Shown: positions 36,716-46,496 of the stretch, in pieces
How the letters are laid out: each line of letters begins with the position of its first letter
Position numbering within the stretch: the first letter of the stretch is position 1
IMG/VR virus record: IMGVR_UViG_3300014208_000027
Coordinates: 1-64,000 of that record
Strand: one strand, 5' to 3'
Source: a virus
Taxonomy: Duplodnaviria; Caudoviricetes
DNA length: 64,000 nucleotides
Notes under the pieces: generated by a model
The model's database searches: none
What the model was told of the DNA's origin: nothing
Seen by the model: the letters and a program-made list of their open reading frames with translations, nothing else
Translations under genes and position numbers: made by a program

Positions 36716-37897
36716 ATGATCGCATATGCTTGTAGCGTCAATGCTCCATTACTTGCAAGATGGGATGGTAGTTCGTGGGCATCGGTAACTATCCCAGCTA
36801 AAACAATTGGAAACAATACACCCCAAATTATTAAAGGCTCAAGCGCAAGTAATATTTGGATGGCAGGAGATAGCCCAGCAGAAGTTTGGTATTATAATGG
36901 AACTTCTTGGAGTTTGGTTTCAACTGGAATAACTTCTACGTGGAAAGTAAACGACCTTCTTGTTTTATCTCCAACAGACGTATGGTTGTCAGTTAATGAA
37001 GCTGGAGCGTCTAAAGGGATATATTTTTATGATGGCGCTACGTGGTCTTTGGAATATAACTCTTCATTTGTAGGATTTAAGGGTTGTGGTACTGGAACAA
37101 GTAAGTCCGATGCATTTTTAATGTATGGAACTCATCCTGCTCATGGTTCGTATAGGTATAATGGGTCATGGTCTCAAATAGCTGTCGGATCAGCAAATTG
37201 GGTGGATGGAATTTCTTGTTTGTCTTCAACAAATGTATGGGCTAGAACTGCCGCAGCAACTCCTGATGTTTACAGTTTTAATGGAACGTCTTGGTCTTTG
37301 CAGTTTTCCGGAACAAATCTAGCAGCCTCAAGTTTAAATGTTAATGGAAATAAAATTTATTCTAATTCATCTAATGGTAAAATATGGATTATGGGCGATG
37401 TTGGTGGTTCAACTTCTACAACACTACACTACTGGTATTTTAATGGAACAACTTGGTCAGATAATAATGATGGTGCTGTAAAAACCGCTGGAGCAACTTT
37501 GAGAGATGGTGGAATACATGGAGATGGAGATAATGTATGTATGGTTGGTGGATCGGATGCGTTCTTTTGGAACGGAACTGCATTTACGCTAGATACTACA
37601 GGCGTTACTTTTAATGGGGTAAAGGATGTTTTTGTTGTGCCTTCTACGATTTCTCCCGTTGTTGTTCGTTCTTGCCCTTTACCTCCAATCGGCTCTGATT
37701 TTACTATTAATAATTTAAATTGTTTGCCTAGTCAGTTTTATGATGGGTCTGGTAATTCATTAACTATCGCTCCATATTTTCTCAATACTCCCATGGCATC
37801 TTTAAGAAATCGAGCAAATCCGCTATCTTCCACGTTACAAGAGCAAAAAGTTAAATTTACAACTCTTCCAAAGAGTACCTCTACGGGTTCATTCTAG
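36716..37897 (+). CDS. Beta-propeller-like WxG(S/T)xW repeat protein, possible virion/receptor-binding protein
   Basis: About seven (W/Y/F)(D/N)G(S/T/A)xW units; S/G/T-rich. Confidence 0.6.
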   Translation: MIAYACSVNAPLLARWDGSSWASVTIPAKTIGNNTPQIIKGSSASNIWMAGDSPAEVWYYNGTSWSLVSTGITSTWKVNDLLVLSPTDVWLSVNEAGASKGIYFYDGATWSLEYNSSFVGFKGCGTGTSKSDAFLMYGTHPAHGSYRYNGSWSQIAVGSANWVDGISCLSSTNVWARTAAATPDVYSFNGTSWSLQFSGTNLAASSLNVNGNKIYSNSSNGKIWIMGDVGGSTSTTLHYWYFNGTTWSDNNDGAVKTAGATLRDGGIHGDGDNVCMVGGSDAFFWNGTAFTLDTTGVTFNGVKDVFVVPSTISPVVVRSCPLPPIGSDFTINNLNCLPSQFYDGSGNSLTIAPYFLNTPMASLRNRANPLSSTLQEQKVKFTTLPKSTSTGSF

Positions 37898-37934
37898 AAA
37901 CAAAAACTAATTATTTTCACAAAGGAGTATCCTC

Positions 37935-38159
37935 ATGGCCAGTCCTAGACGTAGACGAGCACTTAAACTTGCAAGGCAACAAAAAAATAATCCTTTACCT
38001 GTACAAGAAGTAGTAGTTCCTGTAGAGGTAGTTGAAGTAGAACTTCCAGTTGTTGAGGAGGTTGTTACTGAAAAAATTGTTCAAGAGGTAGAACCAGTCA
38101 CAGTTAAACAAACTTATGCAAGTGTTGGTAGACCTAGAAAGAATAAGGCTACATCTTAA
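37935..38159 (+). CDS. Small protein: Arg-rich N-terminus, V/E/P linker, AT-hook-like GRPRK
   Basis: Translation; SD AAGGAG. Confidence 0.6.
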   Translation: MASPRRRRALKLARQQKNNPLPVQEVVVPVEVVEVELPVVEEVVTEKIVQEVEPVTVKQTYASVGRPRKNKATS

Positions 38160-38161
38160 TA

Positions 38162-38455
38162 ATGTACAAAGTAAAAGTTAATTTTGATGAATTTGGAAAA
38201 CTTATCAGAGATTTTTTAACTGAAAATCTTAACAAACCTAGTTTACAAAGTTATGTTGAAAACTTAACTAAAATTGTAGAGGGTATGAAGCCTCATTCAA
38301 GTAAAGAAGTTAGATATTATGAAATGGCTAGACATAATCTTCGTGAAATTCGTAACGGTATTAAGCGTTTGGAAGAAGAAAAAAATACATTAGCTGAACA
38401 ACTTAAACTATTAGAAGAAGAAAAGGTAGCCAAACTAAGTGGTAGAAAAAAATAA
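38162..38455 (+). CDS. Hypothetical coiled-coil protein
   Basis: ORF track. Confidence 0.65.
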   Translation: MYKVKVNFDEFGKLIRDFLTENLNKPSLQSYVENLTKIVEGMKPHSSKEVRYYEMARHNLREIRNGIKRLEEEKNTLAEQLKLLEEEKVAKLSGRKK

Positions 38456-39485
38456 AGTTATCTCTGAAGAATCTGCAATGGGTGCTGGTGCTGTAGTCGG
38501 TGCTCCTAGCTTATCAGGCTCTTTAGAAGAAGAAAAAGATTATCAAACTTCTGTGAAATCTCATCATTCTGGTTATAAATCTGCGATGATTGACCATGGT
38601 AATCAAACAAAAGGTAGCGAACCTTTTACTGTTAAACCTAATATGAAACGTAGTAAGTCTGCGCCTCCTTTAGGAGAAGATTTTAAAATGACTGATAAAG
38701 CTCAAATAGATGAAGAACTTACCTTACGAAAAGCTATTCGTAATTTTATTAAAGAAGAAAAAAGTTCTTTACTTAAAGAATCATTAGAAGAGTCTAAACT
38801 TCGGGGATATATTCGCACTCTTCTCAAGGAAGAAAAAAGCAAAGTCGAAAAAGAAATACCCTACGATTCTACCGGTATTAATGTACTAGAAGATTTGCTA
38901 AAGAAAGTTCTTCCTATTGTTGAGACAGACTTTAAAAGTTTAACTTCCGATCCAGCTCAAAGAGAAAGTTTCAGGGCACACATTCTAACATCTATTCAAA
39001 ATACGCTTATGCCTTCCATCTTAACGAAGCATAGAGAGCGAAGAGAAGATAGTCCTGCTGAATCTCCAGAAATGGAATTAGAAGATAAAGAATTAGATGT
39101 AACCATTGGTTCTGATACTGTTCCTATGACTTCACCGGATCCTACAGGTTTTATTGATATCAGTAAAAAGAAGCCGCATGTATCATCCTTTGTAAATCTA
39201 CCCGATCAGGACGAGACGGGCAAAAATATGGCGCTGAAAACGTTCGACAAGATAGAAAAAAGTATTCTTGAGGCGTATGAAATTCTAGCTAATGAAGAAG
39301 ATGAACAGTTGTTTTATGATTATCTCATTACAAATCTGAAATTATATTGCGAAAAATGGTCTGATGAGTTAAGTTCGTCAGTAGAAGAACCTACTACACC
39401 AGAGTACGAAAAGACTAAAGATGATATCGAACAAATCAAAAGTCAAACCGATCCGGATGTAGCCTCAGATAATCCGGTCAATTAA
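38439..39485 (+). CDS. Acidic protein, possibly head-internal
   Basis: Repeated (I/L)xEE motifs (LRKAIRNFIKEE, LRGYIRTLLKEE). Confidence 0.55.
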   Translation: MVEKNKVISEESAMGAGAVVGAPSLSGSLEEEKDYQTSVKSHHSGYKSAMIDHGNQTKGSEPFTVKPNMKRSKSAPPLGEDFKMTDKAQIDEELTLRKAIRNFIKEEKSSLLKESLEESKLRGYIRTLLKEEKSKVEKEIPYDSTGINVLEDLLKKVLPIVETDFKSLTSDPAQRESFRAHILTSIQNTLMPSILTKHRERREDSPAESPEMELEDKELDVTIGSDTVPMTSPDPTGFIDISKKKPHVSSFVNLPDQDETGKNMALKTFDKIEKSILEAYEILANEEDEQLFYDYLITNLKLYCEKWSDELSSSVEEPTTPEYEKTKDDIEQIKSQTDPDVASDNPVN

Positions 39486-40121
39486 TTTATACTTCAGACA
39501 AGTCTCGGCATCAAAAAATAGATCATGTTTAAGAATTCCGCTTAACTGTTTCTTGGGAATTTTAGTATAAACTAGATAAGTTTCGATGATTTTACTCATC
39601 AGTAATTCACAATTCGCCATTTCATCTTGTAGGTTAGCAAAACTTCCCCAAAACTGGGTTGAGAGTTGATGAATCAGCATTACAGAATTACGCATCATTG
39701 ATCTTTTATGCCCAGAAACAGACATAATTGTAGCTGCCGAACTACATTCGCCTTCAACTACAGTTAAAACGGGCACAATAGAGCTTCTAATAAGATCTGA
39801 AGCTAAAATACCATCTACAGCAGAACCACCTGGGCTATTAATATGCAAAACAATTTCTTGTTCAGGTGTACCCATTTCAATGCTAATTTGTTTAGACACA
39901 ATTCCAATGCGTTTAATTTCTTTGTGCAAATCTAAAACAGAACTTTTATTTACTCCAGTGTAGAAATAGATCTCATTATTTACTGAAGTAACACGTTCAT
40001 CATCATCGTCATGTTCATCATTTCTTTCTTTATCGCGTTTGTCTTCAAGATCACACATTTCGCAAAGGTTATACTTATTTTTTCTCTGTATTAGTTTTTT
40101 CAAACACGTCTCCTTGACCAA
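39465..40121 (-). CDS. clpP: ClpP-like protease (start may be ATG 40058)
   Basis: INSPGGS, ECSSAAT (Ser), MLIHQ (His), HDLFFDAE. Confidence 0.85.
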   Translation of the reverse strand: MVKETCLKKLIQRKNKYNLCEMCDLEDKRDKERNDEHDDDDERVTSVNNEIYFYTGVNKSSVLDLHKEIKRIGIVSKQISIEMGTPEQEIVLHINSPGGSAVDGILASDLIRSSIVPVLTVVEGECSSAATIMSVSGHKRSMMRNSVMLIHQLSTQFWGSFANLQDEMANCELLMSKIIETYLVYTKIPKKQLSGILKHDLFFDAETCLKYKLIDRII

Positions 40122-40500
40122 AATAGGTATCTGGATGATATTTTTTAATTATTTTAATATAATCTTGCCTAGTTATGCCCATAATAGCATAGGCTTCTCG
40201 GTGATAATCTGCTACTGACCAATAGTATTTTAACAAAGCGTCTCTAACAACATCTTTTAATGAATACCAAAGTGGGTGTCCAAATATGCCACCACCAAAA
40301 GATTTTGCTGCTAGTTCAAGTTTAAGACCAATAATTTCTTCTAAGGATAATTGATTAAGCATAACTTCAAACTCTTGGGTGGTTTTACCCTCCTTTTCTA
40401 ATTTTTTAGATAAAGAACAGAGTAACTTTTTCTTACTCTTGGCATAATTTTTCTTTTTACGCCATTCTAAAAGATTAAAATCAATTTTATCCACTTCCAC
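40075..40500 (-). CDS. Hypothetical protein, leaderless GTG
   Basis: TTGACT-17-TAACAT at 40507-40535. Confidence 0.65.
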   Translation of the reverse strand: MEVDKIDFNLLEWRKKKNYAKSKKKLLCSLSKKLEKEGKTTQEFEVMLNQLSLEEIIGLKLELAAKSFGGGIFGHPLWYSLKDVVRDALLKYYWSVADYHREAYAIMGITRQDYIKIIKKYHPDTYFGQGDVFEKTNTEKK

Positions 40501-40602
40501 ATGTTAATGTTACTAAAAAAAAACTTAATAGTCAATAAGAATTTTCACAAGGAAACAAAAAAAAGATGCTTGACAATTAGCATGAATGTGATAAGTTAGA
40601 AG

Positions 40603-40676
40603 AGCGTAACGTTCCTTTTCTCATCAAAAAATTGGAAACAATTTTCCCGGTAGCTGGTTACTACCGGGTTTTTTTT
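40603..40676 (+). ncRNA. Candidate ~75-nt small RNA
   Basis: Promoter TTGACA-16-TAAGTT (40570-40597), GAAA-tetraloop hairpin 40628-40645, terminator; no ORF. Confidence 0.6.
40646..40676 (+). terminator. Intrinsic terminator
   Basis: CCCGGTAG-7-CTACCGGG followed by T8. Confidence 0.85.
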
Positions 40677-40867
40677 ATTTTAACTTGTCATTTAATGCTC
40701 TTGAGAACATATTATATACCTTTAACGGCTCTGAACGGCATATTGGGCCAATCTCCGACCCGTACCCCTCTAGCCGCACTTGTAAGCGTCTAATAAGCTC
40801 GCTAAGAGGGTTTCTAGCGTTAGATACATCCTAAGGTGGGTAGAACTAAGAACGCTTTGTGACGCCG

Positions 40868-41635
40868 TTAAACGCCTTTGAGGAAGTCTTTGAGAAAGTC
40901 ATGCGTACAAGAAAAAAGAAAATGATCCATAACGGAAAACCCACTATGCACCATACCAATAAGTTGCCCATACCGATTAACAATCATACTCCCACTACTA
41001 CCCCCAGCAACAAATAAAGAATATGTGGCTACTTCACCTTTAAGACTGTTTGGCATAGTAATACTTCCACTATAGAAACCTTCAAAAATTGGTGAAGATC
41101 CTGAAATGTAAATTCCTTTAGGGTATCCAATGTATAGAACTTTTTCTCCAATTCTTGGACCATTCTTAGATATTTTAACAGCAGGCATAAATAAATTTTC
41201 TACTGTCATTAAACAAGCATCTTTTGCGGAGTCAGTTTTTAAAACTTTAGTCTTTTCATAAGAATTGCCATCAAAATCGTAAATTACATACTCAAATTTA
41301 ACATTCTTCAGCGTGATAAAAGATGGTGGTGTTGGTAATTCGATACTGCAAATATGATTAGCTGTTAAAACTACTGAACTTCCAACATTATTTTTAACTA
41401 CAGAACCAGAACCAAAAGCTAAAGAACTTTTGTCAAAACAGACTTCTCCATTTTGTTGCACACAAACCTTAAATGATGTTTTGATCTTAATATGAACTGC
41501 CGACTTGTAAGGAACAAAATTGTCGCTGGAAGAAGAAAAATAGTTTCCATTCAAACCCTGTGTGCAGCATAGCTGAAAAAAAATAGGAACGGCGAGAACT
41601 GCTAAAAACGGTAGGGTTTGCTTGGTATACTTCAT
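40868..41635 (-). CDS. Trypsin-like serine protease with signal/lipoprotein-like N-terminus
   Basis: LTANHIC, KDACL, GGSSGS. Confidence 0.85.
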   Translation of the reverse strand: MKYTKQTLPFLAVLAVPIFFQLCCTQGLNGNYFSSSSDNFVPYKSAVHIKIKTSFKVCVQQNGEVCFDKSSLAFGSGSVVKNNVGSSVVLTANHICSIELPTPPSFITLKNVKFEYVIYDFDGNSYEKTKVLKTDSAKDACLMTVENLFMPAVKISKNGPRIGEKVLYIGYPKGIYISGSSPIFEGFYSGSITMPNSLKGEVATYSLFVAGGSSGSMIVNRYGQLIGMVHSGFSVMDHFLFSCTHDFLKDFLKGV

Positions 41636-41720
41636 GTATTATATCTCCTTACATTTAATTATGTTGCAATGAAGAAAAAAAATCTAATAATGGGTTTAGA
41701 ATTCTAGATAAGAAGAAGGG

Positions 41721-43058
41721 ATGTTCAAACTTAAAAAGGAGTACCGCTTGAGCAAAAAAATCTATGTCTTCGACACGAACATAATCTTGCATGACCCACA
41801 GTCAATCTACAACTTTCCAAACTCTGAGATTATTATACCTCTAATAGTTTTAGAAGAGTTAGACCGTACAAAAATAAAGTTTGATAATGTGGGTGTTAAT
41901 GCTCGAAACTTTATTAAAACTATGGATGGACTAAGAAACAAAGGAAGTTTGTTTGGTGGTGTAGAATTAGTAGAAAATTGTATTGTAAAGGTAAAAGATA
42001 TTAAAAAAGATTTCTCTTTTGGAAATAACTCATCATTGTCTCTAGAGAGTAATGATAATAGAATTTTAGCTCTTGCTGTAGTGGAACAATTTAATAATCC
42101 TGAGAAAGAAGTAACTCTAGTAACAAGAGATTTAAATCTTAGAGTAAAAGGAGATAGCGTAGGAGTAAAATCTGAAGGATATGACAAGGACAAGACGGTA
42201 ACATCAAGAGATGAATTATACGATGGGTTTGCTGAAATAGAAGTTGAAGATGAGTTAATAGATCGCTTCTATGCGGGGGAAAAAGTATTCTTAGATAATA
42301 ATAATTTATACTGTAACCAATTTGTAAATCTTTTGGGTAGGAACAATAATAAAAAGTCTGGATTAGCAAGGTTTGTTGGAGAAGGGAAAGAATTAGCTAA
42401 GGTAGGGGAATTTAAAAAAGGTTGTTTTGGTCTTTATCCGAAGTCAAAAGAACAAATTGCGGTACTAAATCTACTGATGGATCCTAGTATTGCTGTTGTA
42501 TCTTTGTCAGGGCAAGCAGGAACCGGGAAGACTCTCTGTGCATTAGCGGCTGGTTTGCAACAAGTGATTGGTAGTAAACAAAAATACAAAAAAATTATTG
42601 TATCTCGGCCAAATACATCCATCGGACCCGGTTTAGGTTGGGTCCCCGGAACAAAAGAAGATAAGATTCTTGTTGGGATGGGATCAATAATTGATAACCT
42701 AGACTTTATGCTTGGAGATTCTAGAGCGTTAGAAAATTATGTAGACCAAAATATTATTGAATTAGAAAATTTATCCTACATACGAGGAAGATCTATTAAC
42801 GAAGCTTATATAATTTTCGATGAATGTCAAAGTTATACTCCCAATGAAATGAAAGCAATTCTTACAAGAGTTGGTGAAGGAAGTAAAATTATTCTCACTG
42901 GAGATCTTGAACAAATTGACACTCCAAACTTGAATGAATTAACTAGTGGATTTTCTTATACTATTGAAAAACTCAAAGGACAAAAATTCTTTAGCCATGT
43001 TACTCTAAAGAAATCTGAAAGATCTGAAGTAGCTGGTGTTTGTGCTAGACTATTATAA
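41721..43058 (+). CDS. phoH: PIN-PhoH protein
   Basis: VFDTNIILHD PIN domain; GQAGTGKT, YIRGRS, FDECQ. Confidence 0.92.
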   Translation: MFKLKKEYRLSKKIYVFDTNIILHDPQSIYNFPNSEIIIPLIVLEELDRTKIKFDNVGVNARNFIKTMDGLRNKGSLFGGVELVENCIVKVKDIKKDFSFGNNSSLSLESNDNRILALAVVEQFNNPEKEVTLVTRDLNLRVKGDSVGVKSEGYDKDKTVTSRDELYDGFAEIEVEDELIDRFYAGEKVFLDNNNLYCNQFVNLLGRNNNKKSGLARFVGEGKELAKVGEFKKGCFGLYPKSKEQIAVLNLLMDPSIAVVSLSGQAGTGKTLCALAAGLQQVIGSKQKYKKIIVSRPNTSIGPGLGWVPGTKEDKILVGMGSIIDNLDFMLGDSRALENYVDQNIIELENLSYIRGRSINEAYIIFDECQSYTPNEMKAILTRVGEGSKIILTGDLEQIDTPNLNELTSGFSYTIEKLKGQKFFSHVTLKKSERSEVAGVCARLL

Positions 43059-43102
43059 TCCGCTAACATGCTTGAGCATGATTACGGATTTATATTTTTT
43101 TT
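43058..43102 (+). terminator. Probable terminator after phoH
   Basis: ATCCG..CATGC-TTGA-GCATG..CGGAT then T-run. Confidence 0.6.
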
Positions 43103-43109
43103 CCTATTA

Positions 43110-43555
43110 CAAATTTTAATTTAAAACCTCTGAGGTCTTCTTAGTCTTTTCTCTATCTTACTAAATTATATAACTTTTTTACTCTTTTTTTGTTAAGGTA
43201 AAAACTTTTATCTTATTTTTTTCTACCTTGCAATATATTTTTGGAACAGTTCTTGCATATTAACTATGAATCTTTAAAGATTACTATTATCACCAAAAAC
43301 TCACAAGTTAGATAACTTTTAAACTTTTCTTTAACCAATCTTATAGTTACAAACTTTTTTCTTTTACTTTTATAATTGGTGAACTTTTCTTTTTAACTTT
43401 TTTCTACTTGATCAGGTTAAATTAGTAGATTTCCTAATGAGAACTGTTATAGTAGTTAATCTTTTAACCGTTGTTAAGTACCGTCTGAAGTAAAACTACT
43501 TGTTTTAACTGAAGACCAATAGAGAGAATTTATCACACGATTTTCATCAAGTCAA
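43110..43555. other. AT-rich non-coding tract, candidate replication origin
   Basis: Seven AACTTTT copies, 14-bp palindrome 43269-43282, leftward promoter 43527-43555. Confidence 0.4.
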
Positions 43556-43696
43556 GAAAAATTTTTACTATATGATATTGTTGATGTTTTTTTACATTTT
43601 TCACTTGACAAGGCTTCTAACGCACTGTGTCTAACTTACTCTCCAAATAGGCCAAATCAAGCATTTCATCGTATTTTCTATCATCATTATTTTTTC

Positions 43697-43725
43697 TTGA
43701 CATGTCGGTGTGGTTTTGCTATAGT
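43697..43725 (+). promoter_or_regulatory. Promoter TTGACA-17-TATAGT
   Basis: Followed by SD AGGAG and ATG 43744. Confidence 0.75.
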
Positions 43726-43743
43726 TCATAGTAGGAGCAAAAA

Positions 43744-43941
43744 ATGTTAGATAAATGTTTATTTGTAGGTCTTCTTTCTTTGGTTTTATTTTTCATGAGC
43801 GTGTTATGGTTTAAGAGAACAAATTTTCAAACCATTACTCAGACAGTTTCGTTAGCTTGTGTTGGAACATTCTTAACTATTTCTTCACTATGTTTCTTTG
43901 TAGTTCTAATTAAGTTAATGTTATGGACGCTAGAAGTTTAA
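43744..43941 (+). CDS. Small two-TM membrane protein
   Basis: Two hydrophobic segments. Confidence 0.65.
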   Translation: MLDKCLFVGLLSLVLFFMSVLWFKRTNFQTITQTVSLACVGTFLTISSLCFFVVLIKLMLWTLEV

Positions 43942-44039
43942 TAATGTTATCATCTTGGAAATTTACCTACATACTTTTAGTCACAATGTCCACGTTATGG
44001 ATCGTTTCAGCTATTTTTATATACTTTAATAGGTAAATC

Positions 44040-44726
44040 ATGTTTCAACATTTAAAAGAAAGTTCGAATCGTTCGCAAATGAAGAATATTCAGTTTTTTA
44101 ATTATATACCAGTGATCGTTAAAGATCCTTTTTTATCCAATATCGATGTTGTAAAGGTTATTAGAAAGTTACAATCTTTAATCCCCAGTACTTTTGTTGA
44201 AGGTTTGGATTCAATCTATATTGGTGATTTTAATTTTTTGAATGAACGTAAACTACAAGCGATGTATCTTGACAATGTTGTTTATGTTTCTAATATTCAG
44301 AAAAATGAAGATAGCTGCGCTACTAATATTCTTCATGAGTTAGGTCATTTAGTTGAAGATTCTTATTCAAATGATATTTATGGTGATGGTAAACTTAAAA
44401 AAGAGTTTATGGTTAAGCGAGTATGGCTTTACAATTTCGTCAAGTCTCATTTAAATTCAGATAATATGCCTTTGGAACAATATAAAAATGTTGAATATGA
44501 TGTAAATTTTGATAAATATCTTTATGATTCTCTAGGATATCAATTATTAGTGATGAATACAGCTAGTGTATTTCCTAGTGCATATTCAATCACTTGCCTT
44601 CGCGAATATTTTGGGATAGGTTTTGAAAAGTTTTTTGGTAGGAATGTAAATGACCGAGAATATTTAAAATCTATTTGTCCGGTTCTTTATGAAAAAATCT
44701 TTAATCTTCAGGAAAATTATCGATAA
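44040..44726 (+). CDS. Zincin-like (HExxH) protein
   Basis: ILHELGHLVE..REYF. Confidence 0.65.
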   Translation: MFQHLKESSNRSQMKNIQFFNYIPVIVKDPFLSNIDVVKVIRKLQSLIPSTFVEGLDSIYIGDFNFLNERKLQAMYLDNVVYVSNIQKNEDSCATNILHELGHLVEDSYSNDIYGDGKLKKEFMVKRVWLYNFVKSHLNSDNMPLEQYKNVEYDVNFDKYLYDSLGYQLLVMNTASVFPSAYSITCLREYFGIGFEKFFGRNVNDREYLKSICPVLYEKIFNLQENYR

Positions 44727-45070
44727 TGAGTTTATGCATTCATAATATTGGAGATTTTACTCCAGAAGAAGTTCTTAGTTATTATGATGAACCTCTGCTT
44801 TTTACATTTAAAACAACAGACAGTGAATTATTTCTTGCTTGTTGTTCATTAAATAAACATGATTGTGAGTTTTTTGCTGTTAAAACTTTCCCATATATAA
44901 TTTCATCCTTAGTGAACGGTAAAATAAGTGTTCGTTCTATTTTGTGTAGTAAATCTTATCTATATGTAATAGATACAGATTGTTTCAAAGTTCCGAAAAA
45001 AGTATATATTATGGAAGTTAATGATATTCCAGAAGATTATTTACCTAAAGAAGGAATTAAAGTACGCTAA
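44726..45070 (+). CDS. Hypothetical protein (DUF6575-like)
   Basis: YYDEPLLF motif. Confidence 0.5.
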   Translation: MSLCIHNIGDFTPEEVLSYYDEPLLFTFKTTDSELFLACCSLNKHDCEFFAVKTFPYIISSLVNGKISVRSILCSKSYLYVIDTDCFKVPKKVYIMEVNDIPEDYLPKEGIKVR

Positions 45071-45582
45071 TGTTATTTGAGAATAAAAATATTACTATTA
45101 CTCAATGGTTAGTTTCTAACAACTCAAATGTAGATGGCTGTTATACTGCTACCCTTCATGTTAGTCTTGAATTGTTGGATCAAGAAGAACGCGGAGCAAA
45201 GTTTATTTCTTTTTGTACTGCTGAAGCAATGCGCCTTGTTAAGTCAGAGTATCAATTTCAAGTTTTAGATATTTTAACGCCATGTACAATTTTTAATAAT
45301 CTTGAGAATGCTCGCCACGGTATTTGGATATTTATGGGTAAGTTTTTGGTTGGCAAAGATTCAGAGTGGCTGTACAAAAATAAAGATGCTCTTAAAAGCG
45401 TCCGTAGTGGCCTACAGAAAGCCGCAGACCTTCCCTTTGTCGAAGGTGTTGTTGAAGAAGATAAACGTCCTGTAGAGGCTGTAGACGTGCTTGACGTATT
45501 CGATCCATGTGCTACTGTTGAACAAACAGGTGAATCAAAGTCCAGAGTAAAAAGAATTAAGGCGCAGAAGAATAATTTATGA
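45070..45582 (+). CDS. Hypothetical protein
   Basis: ORF track. Confidence 0.6.
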   Translation: MLFENKNITITQWLVSNNSNVDGCYTATLHVSLELLDQEERGAKFISFCTAEAMRLVKSEYQFQVLDILTPCTIFNNLENARHGIWIFMGKFLVGKDSEWLYKNKDALKSVRSGLQKAADLPFVEGVVEEDKRPVEAVDVLDVFDPCATVEQTGESKSRVKRIKAQKNNL

Positions 45583-45691
45583 TTTCTATCACGACTTCAT
45601 TTGCAGTAGGTCTTCTAACCATTACAGGTGGAATAGTTGGTTTACTGCTAATAGCTATTTTAATCTCATCTAAAAAATAGAAAGTAATTTC

Positions 45692-46495
45692 ATGTCAAAA
45701 GTTCATATTTCGTATTCTGAACTTAAAGATTATGTTAAGTGTTCCTATTATCATAAACTAAAGCACATTGACGGTATTGAATGTTGGGAAGATAATATTC
45801 ATGCTGCTTTTGGTTCTGCTATTCATAAAGTAGCTGAAATAAAAATTAAAGAAGAAGACCAGTCTAATTGCAAAGAATTATTTGAATCTGAATTTCTGAA
45901 AATTCTTCAAGGTATAAAAAAAAAGAATCCTAAATTTGAAATTGATGAAGATATTATCAATGAGTTTAGAGCGCAAGGTCGTATTCTTTCCCAATTGATT
46001 ATTCCAGGATTAAAAGAAGAATTTGGTGACTTTGAAATAGTCAGTACAGAACAAGAATTTTATGAGTCTATTCAAGGCTTGAATCTTTTAAAAAAGTTTA
46101 ACTATAAAGGGTTCATTGACCTTATCATTCGCACTAAAGATAATAAAATTATCATCCTTGATTATAAAACAACTACTGCTGGTTGGTGGGGTAGAGATAA
46201 ATCAGATAAAATGCGTTTGTATCAGTTAGTATATTATAAACATTTTTATTCTGAAAAGTATAAGGTAGATATTAAGGATATTGAAACCTACTTCTACCTA
46301 CTTAAAAGAGCCGTGAAAAAAGAACATACAGAAATGTATAAAATTACTTCTGGCAAGAAACGTATTGACAATGCTATGCTATTGTTGGAAAAAGTTGTTA
46401 ATGATATAATCTTAGGAAAGGCATACAAAAATAAAAAATCATGTGAGTATTGTCCTTTTAGCGGGACAGTTCATTGCGAAGGGAATAAAAAATAA
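45692..46495 (+). CDS. PD-(D/E)xK nuclease, Cas4/AddB-like with Fe-S cysteines
   Basis: ISYSEL..C, GFIDLI..ILDYKT, QL..Y, CEYCPF..C. Confidence 0.85.
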   Translation: MSKVHISYSELKDYVKCSYYHKLKHIDGIECWEDNIHAAFGSAIHKVAEIKIKEEDQSNCKELFESEFLKILQGIKKKNPKFEIDEDIINEFRAQGRILSQLIIPGLKEEFGDFEIVSTEQEFYESIQGLNLLKKFNYKGFIDLIIRTKDNKIIILDYKTTTAGWWGRDKSDKMRLYQLVYYKHFYSEKYKVDIKDIETYFYLLKRAVKKEHTEMYKITSGKKRIDNAMLLLEKVVNDIILGKAYKNKKSCEYCPFSGTVHCEGNKK

Positions 46496-46496
46496 A

